Source: a virus. From it: a DNA stretch of 64,000 bases. The stretch spans positions 52,240-116,239 of IMG/VR virus record IMGVR_UViG_3300042923_000607; one strand, given 5' to 3'. The notes beneath the pieces were generated by a model. That model was given only the letters and a program-made list of their open reading frames with translations. It was not told the origin of the DNA and did not search any database. This document shows positions 21,715 through 31,154 of the stretch, one piece after another (position 1 is the first letter of the stretch; every line of letters starts with the position of its first letter). Both the position numbers and the translations under genes were made by a program.

Positions 21715-22368
21715 TTAATAATGGTATCTAATGGTGAATATTGGATCATTTTGATACATGAAGCTAACAATATTTCTACCAATATTATTAATTGGAGTGA
21801 TTAATTCTTCTATTTTTAATCCGTTAATATCAACACCTTCAGTGACGATTGGATCTACTTGAGAATTCAGAGGCATGATAATGGTCATTTGAACTTTACC
21901 ACCAACAGCAACCCCTAGGCCACTAAAAGGGAGTTGAACCTTGAAATCAAATATGTTAGTTGTATTAACCTGAGGAAATATTTTATAGTCATATGATAAT
22001 CTGTACATATTAGTAGTTCCGGTGATTGGCTCTAATGCTTGTTTTTTCATTAAAGACATCATCATTAATTTAGAAGTGTCTTCGAGAACGCCATCAAAAC
22101 TACCAGCTTTAGCTTGATCAATAACATCAGAGGTACCGGCTAATAATTCATCTTCTGACATTGGATACATTGACATATTTTTTGCATTAAAAATCATGTC
22201 AGCGATAGGATTGGATGTTACCCCATTTGGCACGTACCAAAATTTATCATGGGGGATTGGTTCGTCGGTTTGGATAATATTCTCCACGTGCACTAAATCG
22301 TATTGACCACCATTAGATTGAGAAACATTGTGAATCATTGCAGTCAAATCTTGTAATCTTACATTCAT
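21715..22368 (-). CDS. Hypothetical moron protein
   Basis: 217 aa, antisense to the late operon, own promoter (TTGACA-16-TATAAT, 22412-22439) and terminator. Confidence 0.75.
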   Translation of the reverse strand: MNVRLQDLTAMIHNVSQSNGGQYDLVHVENIIQTDEPIPHDKFWYVPNGVTSNPIADMIFNAKNMSMYPMSEDELLAGTSDVIDQAKAGSFDGVLEDTSKLMMMSLMKKQALEPITGTTNMYRLSYDYKIFPQVNTTNIFDFKVQLPFSGLGVAVGGKVQMTIIMPLNSQVDPIVTEGVDINGLKIEELITPINNIGRNIVSFMYQNDPIFTIRYHY

Positions 22369-22751
22369 GTTTTAAATTCCCTTCTGTGAAATGTTAATTA
22401 GTTACAGGAATATTATACCATATTCAACAGATATGTCAATATATAGCTATTGTAAAATTTGTAAAATACAATATATAGTGCTTTACTATGAATATAAGAA
22501 AATGATTCTGATAAAGATTTTTGCCCAGAGTGTGGCATTTATAAATAATTACTAGTCCCATATACCCACTGAAACAGGCTACATAAAATGATAAACTACA
22601 ATAGCATTGTAGGTATGCTGTGCTCTGTTTATAGGGGTGCAGCATTACTTATATAATCGTATTTTCAATTTTGCAAAATAATCAAACATTTATGTAACTC
22701 AAAAAGTACAATTTGCCCTTGATATCCAAAGGAAAATGAGTTACAAAGTTG

Positions 22752-22780
22752 TTGACTTTATATGTATTTAATGCTAACAT
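22752..22780 (+). promoter_or_regulatory. Promoter of the type III TA locus
   Basis: TTGACT-17-TAACAT with extended TG. Confidence 0.65.
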
Positions 22781-22804
22781 ATAGATGTAATAAATATTAA
22801 GATT

Positions 22805-22930
22805 ATTTTAGGAGCAATCCTATTATAATATATGAGACATGGTTCAGGAGTGTCTGGCTAAAAATAACCTGAAAATATTGCGGGGGCTTTCTCGATGTCA
22901 CCCGGCTAATAAAAAATCGAAAAATTAGTT
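22805..22930 (+). ncRNA. Putative type III antitoxin RNA (TenpI-like) with two pseudoknot units
   Basis: Lies between promoter and terminator upstream of the toxin; stems AGACA/TGTCT + TTCAGG/CCTGAA and CGGG/CCCG + TCGAT/ATCGA. Confidence 0.7.
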
Positions 22931-22932
22931 TT

Positions 22933-22959
22933 AAAGAGGAAGCTTTGGCTTCCTTTTTT
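22933..22959 (+). terminator. Intrinsic terminator between antitoxin RNA and toxin
   Basis: AGGAAGC-TTTG-GCTTCCT followed by a T run. Confidence 0.8.
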
Positions 22960-22972
22960 ACTGGGGAGAATA

Positions 22973-23491
22973 GTGATGAAATACTGTTATATTGAAAAAT
23001 CATTTTATGATGACCATCCATGTTTAAAGAAAATTCTAGATCAATTTGATGAAGAAAAACGTGGGTATCGCACACATTTATGCTTGAATATTCAATATAA
23101 GGGAAATAATATACTCATTCCTCTCAGAAAAAACATGGGTTTAGCTGATCGAAAATTTGGAAATATTGGTCATCAAGTATCAAGTGAAAGCAAACCATTG
23201 GCTGGACTAGACTATAGATATATTATGATAATAAACGATATGAGATATCTAAGATTTGATACTCCACGAATACCTAATAAACAAGCCAGTATAATAGATA
23301 AAGATTTCTTAGAAATTGAGAGAGAAGCTATTGCGTATATTGAAGCATATATAAGAGTTGCAATAAAAAATCGTGCTGAAAGAAATGCTAGATTTCGAGA
23401 ATCAAGTCTTATAAATTTTCATAAAGAACTATTTTTTGTAGAAAGTGTTGAAGACATTGCAGTAACAGATGAATCAGAAACTAATACATAA
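22973..23491 (+). CDS. Type III toxin-antitoxin endoribonuclease, TenpN-like
   Basis: IPLR.N, GLDY...IIND and C-terminal SL.NFH.EL motifs; promoter-RNA-terminator-toxin layout. Confidence 0.75.
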   Translation: MMKYCYIEKSFYDDHPCLKKILDQFDEEKRGYRTHLCLNIQYKGNNILIPLRKNMGLADRKFGNIGHQVSSESKPLAGLDYRYIMIINDMRYLRFDTPRIPNKQASIIDKDFLEIEREAIAYIEAYIRVAIKNRAERNARFRESSLINFHKELFFVESVEDIAVTDESETNT

Positions 23492-23616
23492 AACAAGATA
23501 AGGCACCTGTAAAGAATACAGATGCCTTTCTTATATAATTTCATTTTCCAAATACAACCAAACGTTCTATCTTCCATCTCTTACCAATTTGTCGTAAATA
23601 GGATATTATACCTAGG

Positions 23617-24258
23617 ATGAGAGGAAGAGGAATGAAGCAGGATATTATTGATGAAATTGACTCAACTTTAAAGTATATAAAGGGGGAACTTATTAGTTCA
23701 TTTAATGAAGAAGACGCTGATCTTTATATTAAATGGGCAAAAAAGAAAGTTTATGATACAATACAAAATGAAAAGGAATTTATAGTTAATCAAGAAATTA
23801 AATCTGTAAAGGCTAAAACTCCAATTGATTATAAACTTATAAAAACATTAAAGAAGAAAAAGAAAAAATACGAACATCAAAATTATAATCACGATCTAAA
23901 AATAGGTGACATTGTTCATGTGGACTATGGATTTGGATACTGTGGTGAATTATCAATAGGACATTATGGAATAATAATGTCAGAAATAAAAAACAATATG
24001 TATTTTATAGTTGCGCTATCTAGCGATCCTTTAAATAGTTTTCCATTTTATTTTGAAAATTTAAGTTTGCCAAATGCTGATTGTGATAAAAATAAAAAAT
24101 CGTATGTAAGGTTTGAACAATCTAGATTTCTACATTATAGAAGAATAGAAAATATTACTATTAATAATATGGTGATAGAAAAACACCTTGACGCTCCACA
24201 AATAGTAGAATTAAAAGAAAAATTCCTTGAATTTATGAAATTAACTGTTGACAAATAA
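23617..24258 (+). CDS. PemK/MazF-like endoribonuclease with N-terminal extension
   Basis: GDIVHVDYGFGYCGE...HYGII...VALSS and FEQSRF...RI motifs. Confidence 0.75.
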   Translation: MRGRGMKQDIIDEIDSTLKYIKGELISSFNEEDADLYIKWAKKKVYDTIQNEKEFIVNQEIKSVKAKTPIDYKLIKTLKKKKKKYEHQNYNHDLKIGDIVHVDYGFGYCGELSIGHYGIIMSEIKNNMYFIVALSSDPLNSFPFYFENLSLPNADCDKNKKSYVRFEQSRFLHYRRIENITINNMVIEKHLDAPQIVELKEKFLEFMKLTVDK

Positions 24259-24276
24259 ATATGAATAGCATATTAT
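24248..24276 (+). promoter_or_regulatory. Sigma-A promoter overlapping the stop of the PemK-like gene
   Basis: TTGACA-17-TATTAT. Confidence 0.75.
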
Positions 24277-24282
24277 AAAAGT

Positions 24283-24395
24283 GTACACATTATATAATGT
24301 CACTAAGATATTTGGCGAGAGCTGAAAATCTGAAATATATTTTTAAAAAGCAACCACTTAGAGACTGGCGAGAGCTGGTCTCTTTCGCGTTACAC
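24283..24395 (+). ncRNA. Putative small RNA with two GAGA-tetraloop hairpins
   Basis: TGGCGAGAGCTG repeated at 24313 and 24366, each capping a stem; no ORF. Confidence 0.6.
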
Positions 24396-24498
24396 TCAAG
24401 AAATTACAACAATTAAATATATAATCCAATCTGGCACTCTTCCACTCGGATGGTGCTTTTTTGATGCAAAAATATAAGAATGAAAGGATGATTTTATC

Positions 24499-24912
24499 GT
24501 GAAAATTACTCTTAAGAATTATCAATTAATAAACGGAATCACGGCAATAAAAGAACTCATTAATAATCCAGAAATGAGTACTAAAACTAAATGGAATTTT
24601 ATTAAAAACTTGAATAAATTTCAGGCTATTATAGATGATTTTTCAAAAATGGAAATAGATCTTGTTAAAAAATATGCGGTGAAGGACGAAAACGGCGATG
24701 TTGTAGCGTATGAGTTGGATGAAGATGGTTTTAAGAAGGGTGATGCAAAATTTGCCCCAGGAAACCGAAGTAAATTTATAACGGAAAGAAATGAATTACT
24801 TCAGTGCGAAAGCGATGTTGACGTACATCTCATAAAACTTGATGACTTGCCGAATATAGACAATGGAAACACTCTTCTACTCTGTTCGTTCTTAATTGAT
24901 GACAGCGAATAA
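24499..24912 (+). CDS. Tail-region protein (DUF1617-like)
   Basis: LVKKYA.KDENG motif; RBS AAGGA. Confidence 0.6.
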   Translation: MKITLKNYQLINGITAIKELINNPEMSTKTKWNFIKNLNKFQAIIDDFSKMEIDLVKKYAVKDENGDVVAYELDEDGFKKGDAKFAPGNRSKFITERNELLQCESDVDVHLIKLDDLPNIDNGNTLLLCSFLIDDSE

Positions 24913-24991
24913 ACAACATATAAAACAATACATACAGCCATGTTAGTGTAAAAGCTATCGTGGCTTTTACTATTATCAAAGGAGGTAAAGC

Positions 24992-26077
24992 ATGGCTGAT
25001 TTGATTACTATTCCAGAGGGGTCAATCGTTTATGACATATCACTAGATTTACATGACCTAATTACTGGACAAGTGGTTAGAGCAAAACAGTACGATACTA
25101 GAACAAGATATATACGAGCAACAATTTTTAACGATGGAGACTTATATCCTATTACTCCAGACAAATTAATATCTTTTTCAGCTACAAAGCCAGATGGGTA
25201 TGGAATTGATAACTCAGCCGGAATAGACGCTGATGGAAAAATAATTTACATGATTACAGATCAAACTACCGCAAAAGACGGAGTTTTTGATGCTGAATTT
25301 AGGATATATGATACAGAAACTATCTCTGGGATAACTTATTCTAGAAGAAAAACATCGTTTAGTTTTAAAATGTCAGTTGTAAAATCGGCACTAAATGATG
25401 CTACTGTAATTAGTTCTTACGAATTTAATCAATTGACAGAACTCATGGGAACAGTTGGAGATATTGTAACAGACGGAACTGCCTTAATTTTGGAAATGCA
25501 AGTCCTCATAGAAACGGGAAATACGTTGATAAATTCTATGACGGAATTAGAAACAACAGTTGAATCAAACGAAGAGATACGAATCGAAAATGAAGACGCC
25601 AGATATAAACAGTTCTACGTTACTCAGGCTCAATATAATACACTACCACAAGAAGACAAAGATAACCCAAAATATGTTTATGAAATTACGGATAATCCAG
25701 ATGCTACACTTATTGCTACTTTGACCGATCTTTTAAATCAAATTAATATTGCTTTAGCTGCGGTTGAAGAATCCACCGTTGACATTAACAATATAAACGA
25801 TTTAATAGTCACAACAATTCAGACGTGGTCTAGTTCTAAAATTGTATCTAGAATTAGAAATTTTAAATATACTGCATCTTCCACGGTATCAAGCATAACT
25901 CACGGGCTAGATTATAACTCAACAACTGACGATCTTCAAGTTTATTATAATGGGTTGTTGTTAGAGGAAGGGGTTAATTTTACCAATTCAACAGACTTTC
26001 ACACAATAAACCTTACTTCTTGGACTGTATCTAGTGGAGACAGGGTTTACTTTAAGTTATACAAATACGTTAAGTAA
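24992..26077 (+). CDS. BppU-family baseplate upper protein
   Basis: AKQYDTRTRYI, KPDG, G...AEF.I motifs. Confidence 0.75.
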   Translation: MADLITIPEGSIVYDISLDLHDLITGQVVRAKQYDTRTRYIRATIFNDGDLYPITPDKLISFSATKPDGYGIDNSAGIDADGKIIYMITDQTTAKDGVFDAEFRIYDTETISGITYSRRKTSFSFKMSVVKSALNDATVISSYEFNQLTELMGTVGDIVTDGTALILEMQVLIETGNTLINSMTELETTVESNEEIRIENEDARYKQFYVTQAQYNTLPQEDKDNPKYVYEITDNPDATLIATLTDLLNQINIALAAVEESTVDINNINDLIVTTIQTWSSSKIVSRIRNFKYTASSTVSSITHGLDYNSTTDDLQVYYNGLLLEEGVNFTNSTDFHTINLTSWTVSSGDRVYFKLYKYVK

Positions 26078-26088
26078 GGAGTGAAAAC

Positions 26089-28590
26089 ATGAGCGATTAC
26101 ATACCTAAAATAATGAAGGGAGGAGCCGAACTAACATCTCCTTCTCTTATAGCAAGTGTAATATTAACAAACAACACTATAAATCAACAAGAGGCAACTA
26201 GGCAGTCTCATGAAGCTGATAGGGAATTTGCTGAAACACAAAGAGATTCTGCTGAGTCTGCCAGAGTTGCCGATGAACTAACAAGAGAGTCAAATGAAGA
26301 AACTAGAGTTGCCGATGAAATTACTAGACAAGACTACTATAATGCATATAAAGTTTTAGTAAATTACAACTCTTCTACTGATTATATTATTGGGAATAAG
26401 GTTACGTATCAAGGTGGAACGTATCAATGCATAACAAATACAACAGGAAATCCCCCAACTTATAATACTGATAATACTTGGTGGAAATGTATTGCTGCAA
26501 AGGGAACCGATGGCGCTGGTGGTGACATGTTCAAATCCACTTATGATCCCAACAATAAGAACACAGATGCTTTTAATTCAGAAAATCAAGTATACGACAA
26601 CACGACCAGCGGATTGTCTGCGACGAATGCTCAAGCCGCAATAGATGAATTAAAACTAGAAACAGACTCCTTGGGCATCGCTGTTTCTAGTAAGGCCAGT
26701 CAGTCCGACTTAAATTCAACAAATTTTACAGTAAGTCAAAAGGCAAATCAATCTGACTTAAGCGCAATTTCTGATGATTTAAGTAGTTTGCAAGGACTAG
26801 TAGATTCTAATTACATAGTTTTAGATGGAAAGATAAATAGTCAAGCTAGTGGTTCACCAAAGGGGACATATGCAACTTTAACTGCTTTAACATCTGCATA
26901 TCCTGCGGGCAATAGTAATATTTATGTTGTTACAGCAGATGGCAATTGGTATTACTGGAACGGGACTGCGTGGACGGCAGGAGGAGTTTATCAGAGTACG
27001 GGAATAGCGAATAATTCAATTTCAGAAGAAAAGCTTTCTTTTGTTCCGGTAAACGGAATACCGAGTAAAAATAAATTCAATAAATCTACCGCTATCGTTG
27101 GATACTATGTTAGATATCAAGACGGAGTTTTAATCGCAAATGCAAGCTATACTGCAAGCGATTTTATTCCCGTATTACCAAGCACTGCATATAGAGTTTC
27201 AGGGTCTGGAGGAGAGCAAGGAGCTTTTTATGACATAAATAAGAATTACATTAGCGGATTAGTATTTATGGGGGACTTATCGACGACTCCATCTAATTGC
27301 TACTATGTTAGACTTACTGTAAGAAATGAAAATATAAACATCACGCAAATAGAAAAAGGAACTGTTGTAACACCATATGAACCATATGGAAATAAAATTA
27401 AAGCAAGTCAGGTTATTGGATTAACATCTATCAGTTATACAGACATCATCGTAGATTTAAATGGCGGGGGTGACTATACAAATATATCATCGGCGGTTGC
27501 AAGTATATCAGAAAATAGTTACTATAATAGATATAACATCATAATAAAACCGGGAACATACAACATATTTGCAAATTTAACCTCTACAGAGTTGGGTAAT
27601 TATGGGCTCGATATACCAGATTATGTTAATCTTATAGGAGAGGGAAATCCTATTTTAAATGGGGAAATACCTTCGGGTATAGCTACACTTGACAATACAA
27701 CGAGAATATCAACTCTGAATACATACAGAAACAATGAACTTAAAAATTTGACAATAACAGCAAAGAATATGAGATACGCTGTTCATGATGACAGCGGGAA
27801 TACCATAAAAAACTGGGAAAGAAGAGTTGAAAATTGTACATTTATACACTACGGGAACGACCCTGGAATGTGGCTTTACACCAATGCATGGGGAGAAGGG
27901 TGTTCAAGTGGTTCTAAAAGTTATTTCAAAAACTGTAGGTTTATAAGTAGCACAACTAACCCAGCGTATAGTACGCATAATAATGTTTCATTTTTAACTC
28001 CGTCTTTTCATGAATTTGATTGTTGTAATTTTATAAGTTTAGCAAATAATGGAGTTTCTGCCAGATTTGGCTCAATGGGAAGTGGTCAAATAGACAGGGT
28101 GATAATGAAGGGCTGCGGATTTGCCGGATATATTTCCATTATTGAAGAATTAGGTAATGGAGTAGGAATAGACTTTAAATTTGATGGATATTCCAATCAA
28201 AAAACCCCCTATGGATTTAGCTATACGAGTGTAAATAACTACTTGAAAAATCTAGCTTTTGAGGATGAAGTATATACAGTATTGAATCTTTCTGGGTCGA
28301 GCATATCACCCAAGGATATTGTTAAAATCACAGGAATAAATCAAGTTTCTGTTATGAATACATCAGACAGTGCAGTCAGATTCTATGGTATAGTATTAGA
28401 GTCTATTCCAAATGGATCATATGGCAAAGTAAGGGTTTGTGGATATATGAGATTAAGTGATACAAACCTACCAACAATTAATGTTGGGGATAAAGTAGGA
28501 ATTGTGAGTGGAGCTCTTGCAGTTGTAACGAGTGGAGACTACGTCGGAACATGCGAGGTAGATGGATACATTAGGCTAACAAACAAATAA
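26089..28590 (+). CDS. Tail fibre/receptor-binding protein with CBM-like and pectin-lyase-like beta-helix domains
   Basis: Coiled coil, Y..G.KVTY.G..Y.C, SGSPKGTY, GDY..I..A..I.IKPGTY. Confidence 0.75.
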   Translation: MSDYIPKIMKGGAELTSPSLIASVILTNNTINQQEATRQSHEADREFAETQRDSAESARVADELTRESNEETRVADEITRQDYYNAYKVLVNYNSSTDYIIGNKVTYQGGTYQCITNTTGNPPTYNTDNTWWKCIAAKGTDGAGGDMFKSTYDPNNKNTDAFNSENQVYDNTTSGLSATNAQAAIDELKLETDSLGIAVSSKASQSDLNSTNFTVSQKANQSDLSAISDDLSSLQGLVDSNYIVLDGKINSQASGSPKGTYATLTALTSAYPAGNSNIYVVTADGNWYYWNGTAWTAGGVYQSTGIANNSISEEKLSFVPVNGIPSKNKFNKSTAIVGYYVRYQDGVLIANASYTASDFIPVLPSTAYRVSGSGGEQGAFYDINKNYISGLVFMGDLSTTPSNCYYVRLTVRNENINITQIEKGTVVTPYEPYGNKIKASQVIGLTSISYTDIIVDLNGGGDYTNISSAVASISENSYYNRYNIIIKPGTYNIFANLTSTELGNYGLDIPDYVNLIGEGNPILNGEIPSGIATLDNTTRISTLNTYRNNELKNLTITAKNMRYAVHDDSGNTIKNWERRVENCTFIHYGNDPGMWLYTNAWGEGCSSGSKSYFKNCRFISSTTNPAYSTHNNVSFLTPSFHEFDCCNFISLANNGVSARFGSMGSGQIDRVIMKGCGFAGYISIIEELGNGVGIDFKFDGYSNQKTPYGFSYTSVNNYLKNLAFEDEVYTVLNLSGSSISPKDIVKITGINQVSVMNTSDSAVRFYGIVLESIPNGSYGKVRVCGYMRLSDTNLPTINVGDKVGIVSGALAVVTSGDYVGTCEVDGYIRLTNK

Positions 28591-28718
28591 AATCGGTGTT
28601 TTATCGTGTTTTTAAATCAAGCTATTGTGTTATAGAATTTTAGACATACTATATATTGTATGTATAATCTGAGAGAATCTTAGATGGTTCTCTCTTTTAT
28701 TTAGAAAGGGGGAAATAA

Positions 28719-30044
28719 ATGAGTAAACCTTATGTAGAACAAAAATTTGATAATGTTGAGTCGCAATTGGCACAGGTTGCGAATGATATCAATTCATTGA
28801 CATTTTTTCCAAGAATAGTACCAGAAACTAACGATTATCCAAGAATGATAAGAGCCATTGACAATACATCTACAGGGGGATTATTAAAAATCCCTAATGG
28901 AACATACGATTTAAATAGCAATGATGTTCGTCTAAATAAAAAAGTAACCATTCAAGGAGAAGGAATTAATAATACCATATTTATTAACGGGGGGTTTTCA
29001 TTAGAAACTTCTGACATACAAATATCGAATTTGTTTGTTAATTGTCCTAGTTTAGATAACGGATTTCAAATAAATCAAGCAGTTGCATCAAATATATTAA
29101 TAAGTAACTGTAAATCGACAGCGAGGGATCATTCATTTTTGATAGAAAGCTACAATGGAATAGTTCAAAATGTAACAATTGAAAATTGTGTATCAGAATC
29201 ATCAATACATGGTTTTATTTCTAAAGCGATAAACGTTAGATTTATAAATTGCAAGGCTATTAACCATACTGGATTTGCTTTTGGATTTATAAGTGATAAT
29301 ATACCATCCAGTGCTCAAATTGCCAATTGTATATCAAGTAAAATATTGAATTGTGAAGTTGATAGCTGTGGAACTGGATTTTTTAGTTATTGTCGAGATA
29401 AATGGAGTACTACGTGTGCCCCTCGTGTAAACAATAATAGTATTGATGGATTAGTTATAAATAATACTGGCAATCCTCTTGCGGTTGGTGAAGAAATAAT
29501 TCCTACTGGATATTTATCTATCTATAGAATAGATTTTATGACAATTAATAATGTAAGAGTTATAAATCCTTCTCAAAATGTTTGGGCTATATCTCTGAGA
29601 AATTGCTATAGATGCATTGTAGATAATTGTATATTACCTTACAAACTAGAGCAAAAGACAACAGCACAAGAATGTTTAATAGGAAACATAATTGTTGAGA
29701 ACTCACGACCACATACGAAGCCAATCACTTTAAGTTCGACTGGAACAAGTGGTGTATTGGATACATCGTTGAATAGCGTATTCGAAATTATGATTAGCGG
29801 GAACCCTACTGATACAGTAATACTTACTGGTTTGCCGAAAAATGGCTCTACAGTTACTATTATAGTAAGGGCAACGAGTTCAACTTCTTTTGCTGGATTT
29901 AACTCCAGTAATATAAAATTAGCAGGTAATACCATATTAACAAATTTTGTTTTTAATCACGGTCAAATTAGTCAATGGATGTGGGTTACTGGACTAAATA
30001 AGTTTGTTTGTATTAGCACTTCCACTGACATTGATTTAGTTTGA
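28719..30044 (+). CDS. Second tailspike / right-handed beta-helix depolymerase
   Basis: AID...GG.L.IP.GTY, I.G.G and repeated I.NC units. Confidence 0.7.
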   Translation: MSKPYVEQKFDNVESQLAQVANDINSLTFFPRIVPETNDYPRMIRAIDNTSTGGLLKIPNGTYDLNSNDVRLNKKVTIQGEGINNTIFINGGFSLETSDIQISNLFVNCPSLDNGFQINQAVASNILISNCKSTARDHSFLIESYNGIVQNVTIENCVSESSIHGFISKAINVRFINCKAINHTGFAFGFISDNIPSSAQIANCISSKILNCEVDSCGTGFFSYCRDKWSTTCAPRVNNNSIDGLVINNTGNPLAVGEEIIPTGYLSIYRIDFMTINNVRVINPSQNVWAISLRNCYRCIVDNCILPYKLEQKTTAQECLIGNIIVENSRPHTKPITLSSTGTSGVLDTSLNSVFEIMISGNPTDTVILTGLPKNGSTVTIIVRATSSTSFAGFNSSNIKLAGNTILTNFVFNHGQISQWMWVTGLNKFVCISTSTDIDLV

Positions 30045-30387
30045 TAAATCTTCAGAGACAAACATACCTGTATAATCTATGTATCATAAACAATCGGTAG
30101 AAAATGCGACACAAATAATATAAATGAAAGATATGTTTTATTATGTTATATATAAAAGAGCCTGATTAAAGGCTCTTATTTTTGTGTTAGAGACAGGATT
30201 GCACTCAGGGGATTGAGCCTGTCTCTATTTATTTTAATCTATAGTTAATTCTAAACGATGGGTCGTATGAAATTTTGGGAGATCAATAAACCCATCGTTA
30301 CCAACTAGTGGTGTATTTATTATACCACTTCTCTCCTAGTTCTTCAAGACTAAGAGTATAAATCGAAAGGGTGAGGTGCGATGTAGT

Positions 30388-30840
30388 ATGGAATGGTTGT
30401 ATGATAACGCGGGGCTTGTTATTGTTATAGGTCTAGGACTAATTAATATAGTAGGATGGATATTTAGTAATTTTAATAAGGTTTATAAAATTAAAAAGAA
30501 TAACGAAGAGTTTCATGAAACTGTTGATGAACATTCTAAAATAATAGAATCAATGTCATCAAAGATAGATAATGTTTCATCCGTCCTAACAGATTTTGTT
30601 TCGGAAAATAAAAAGAATAATCAAGTTATTTTTAGAGATAAAATTTATGATACATATAAACTTACTCTTCAAAAGGGATACATTCTTGAAAAGGATTCGA
30701 AAAATTATCATTATGCTCTCGAAAGGTATAAAGCTAATGATGGGAACAGTTATATTTGTGACGAAATAGAACCCAGAATGAAAACATTTCAAGTATTTAA
30801 TACAGACGAAGAAGCTGAAGAGTACTTTAAAAACAAGTAG
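30388..30840 (+). CDS. Membrane protein of the lysis cassette
   Basis: N-terminal TM, coiled coil, Y.A.DGN.Y motif. Confidence 0.6.
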   Translation: MEWLYDNAGLVIVIGLGLINIVGWIFSNFNKVYKIKKNNEEFHETVDEHSKIIESMSSKIDNVSSVLTDFVSENKKNNQVIFRDKIYDTYKLTLQKGYILEKDSKNYHYALERYKANDGNSYICDEIEPRMKTFQVFNTDEEAEEYFKNK

Positions 30841-30848
30841 GTAATGTT

Positions 30849-31106
30849 ATGAAAAAGAAAAAAGAGAAATCATATGCTAAGTCATTATTGCCATGGATTA
30901 TTATGGCTGTATTGGTTTATACCGTAGCTTCATTTGTACTACAATTTGTAACATCAGTTGAGATATCTCCTACTCTCACAACTGCCTATTTCGCATTTTG
31001 GACTGTAGAAATAATATCGCTGGCAGGTATAAAGACAATTAAGGTAAAAGGTAAAAAAGAAGAAATTAGAGAAGTTGAAGATGATTCTTCTGAAACAGAT
31101 AATTAA
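30849..31106 (+). CDS. Two-TM membrane protein, holin-like
   Basis: Two hydrophobic helices, charged termini. Confidence 0.6.
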   Translation: MKKKKEKSYAKSLLPWIIMAVLVYTVASFVLQFVTSVEISPTLTTAYFAFWTVEIISLAGIKTIKVKGKKEEIREVEDDSSETDN

Positions 31107-31154
31107 CTATTGATGAGCCATAATTCAGGCTCTTTTTTTATAGGAGGATTCACT

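Noticed and set aside
22436-22645. 69-aa minus-strand ORF
   Set aside because: No clear RBS and it runs into a promoter; probably spurious or a remnant.
23555-23570. LexA (GAAC-N4-GTTC) box upstream of the PemK-like gene
   Set aside because: Only the right half-site matches.
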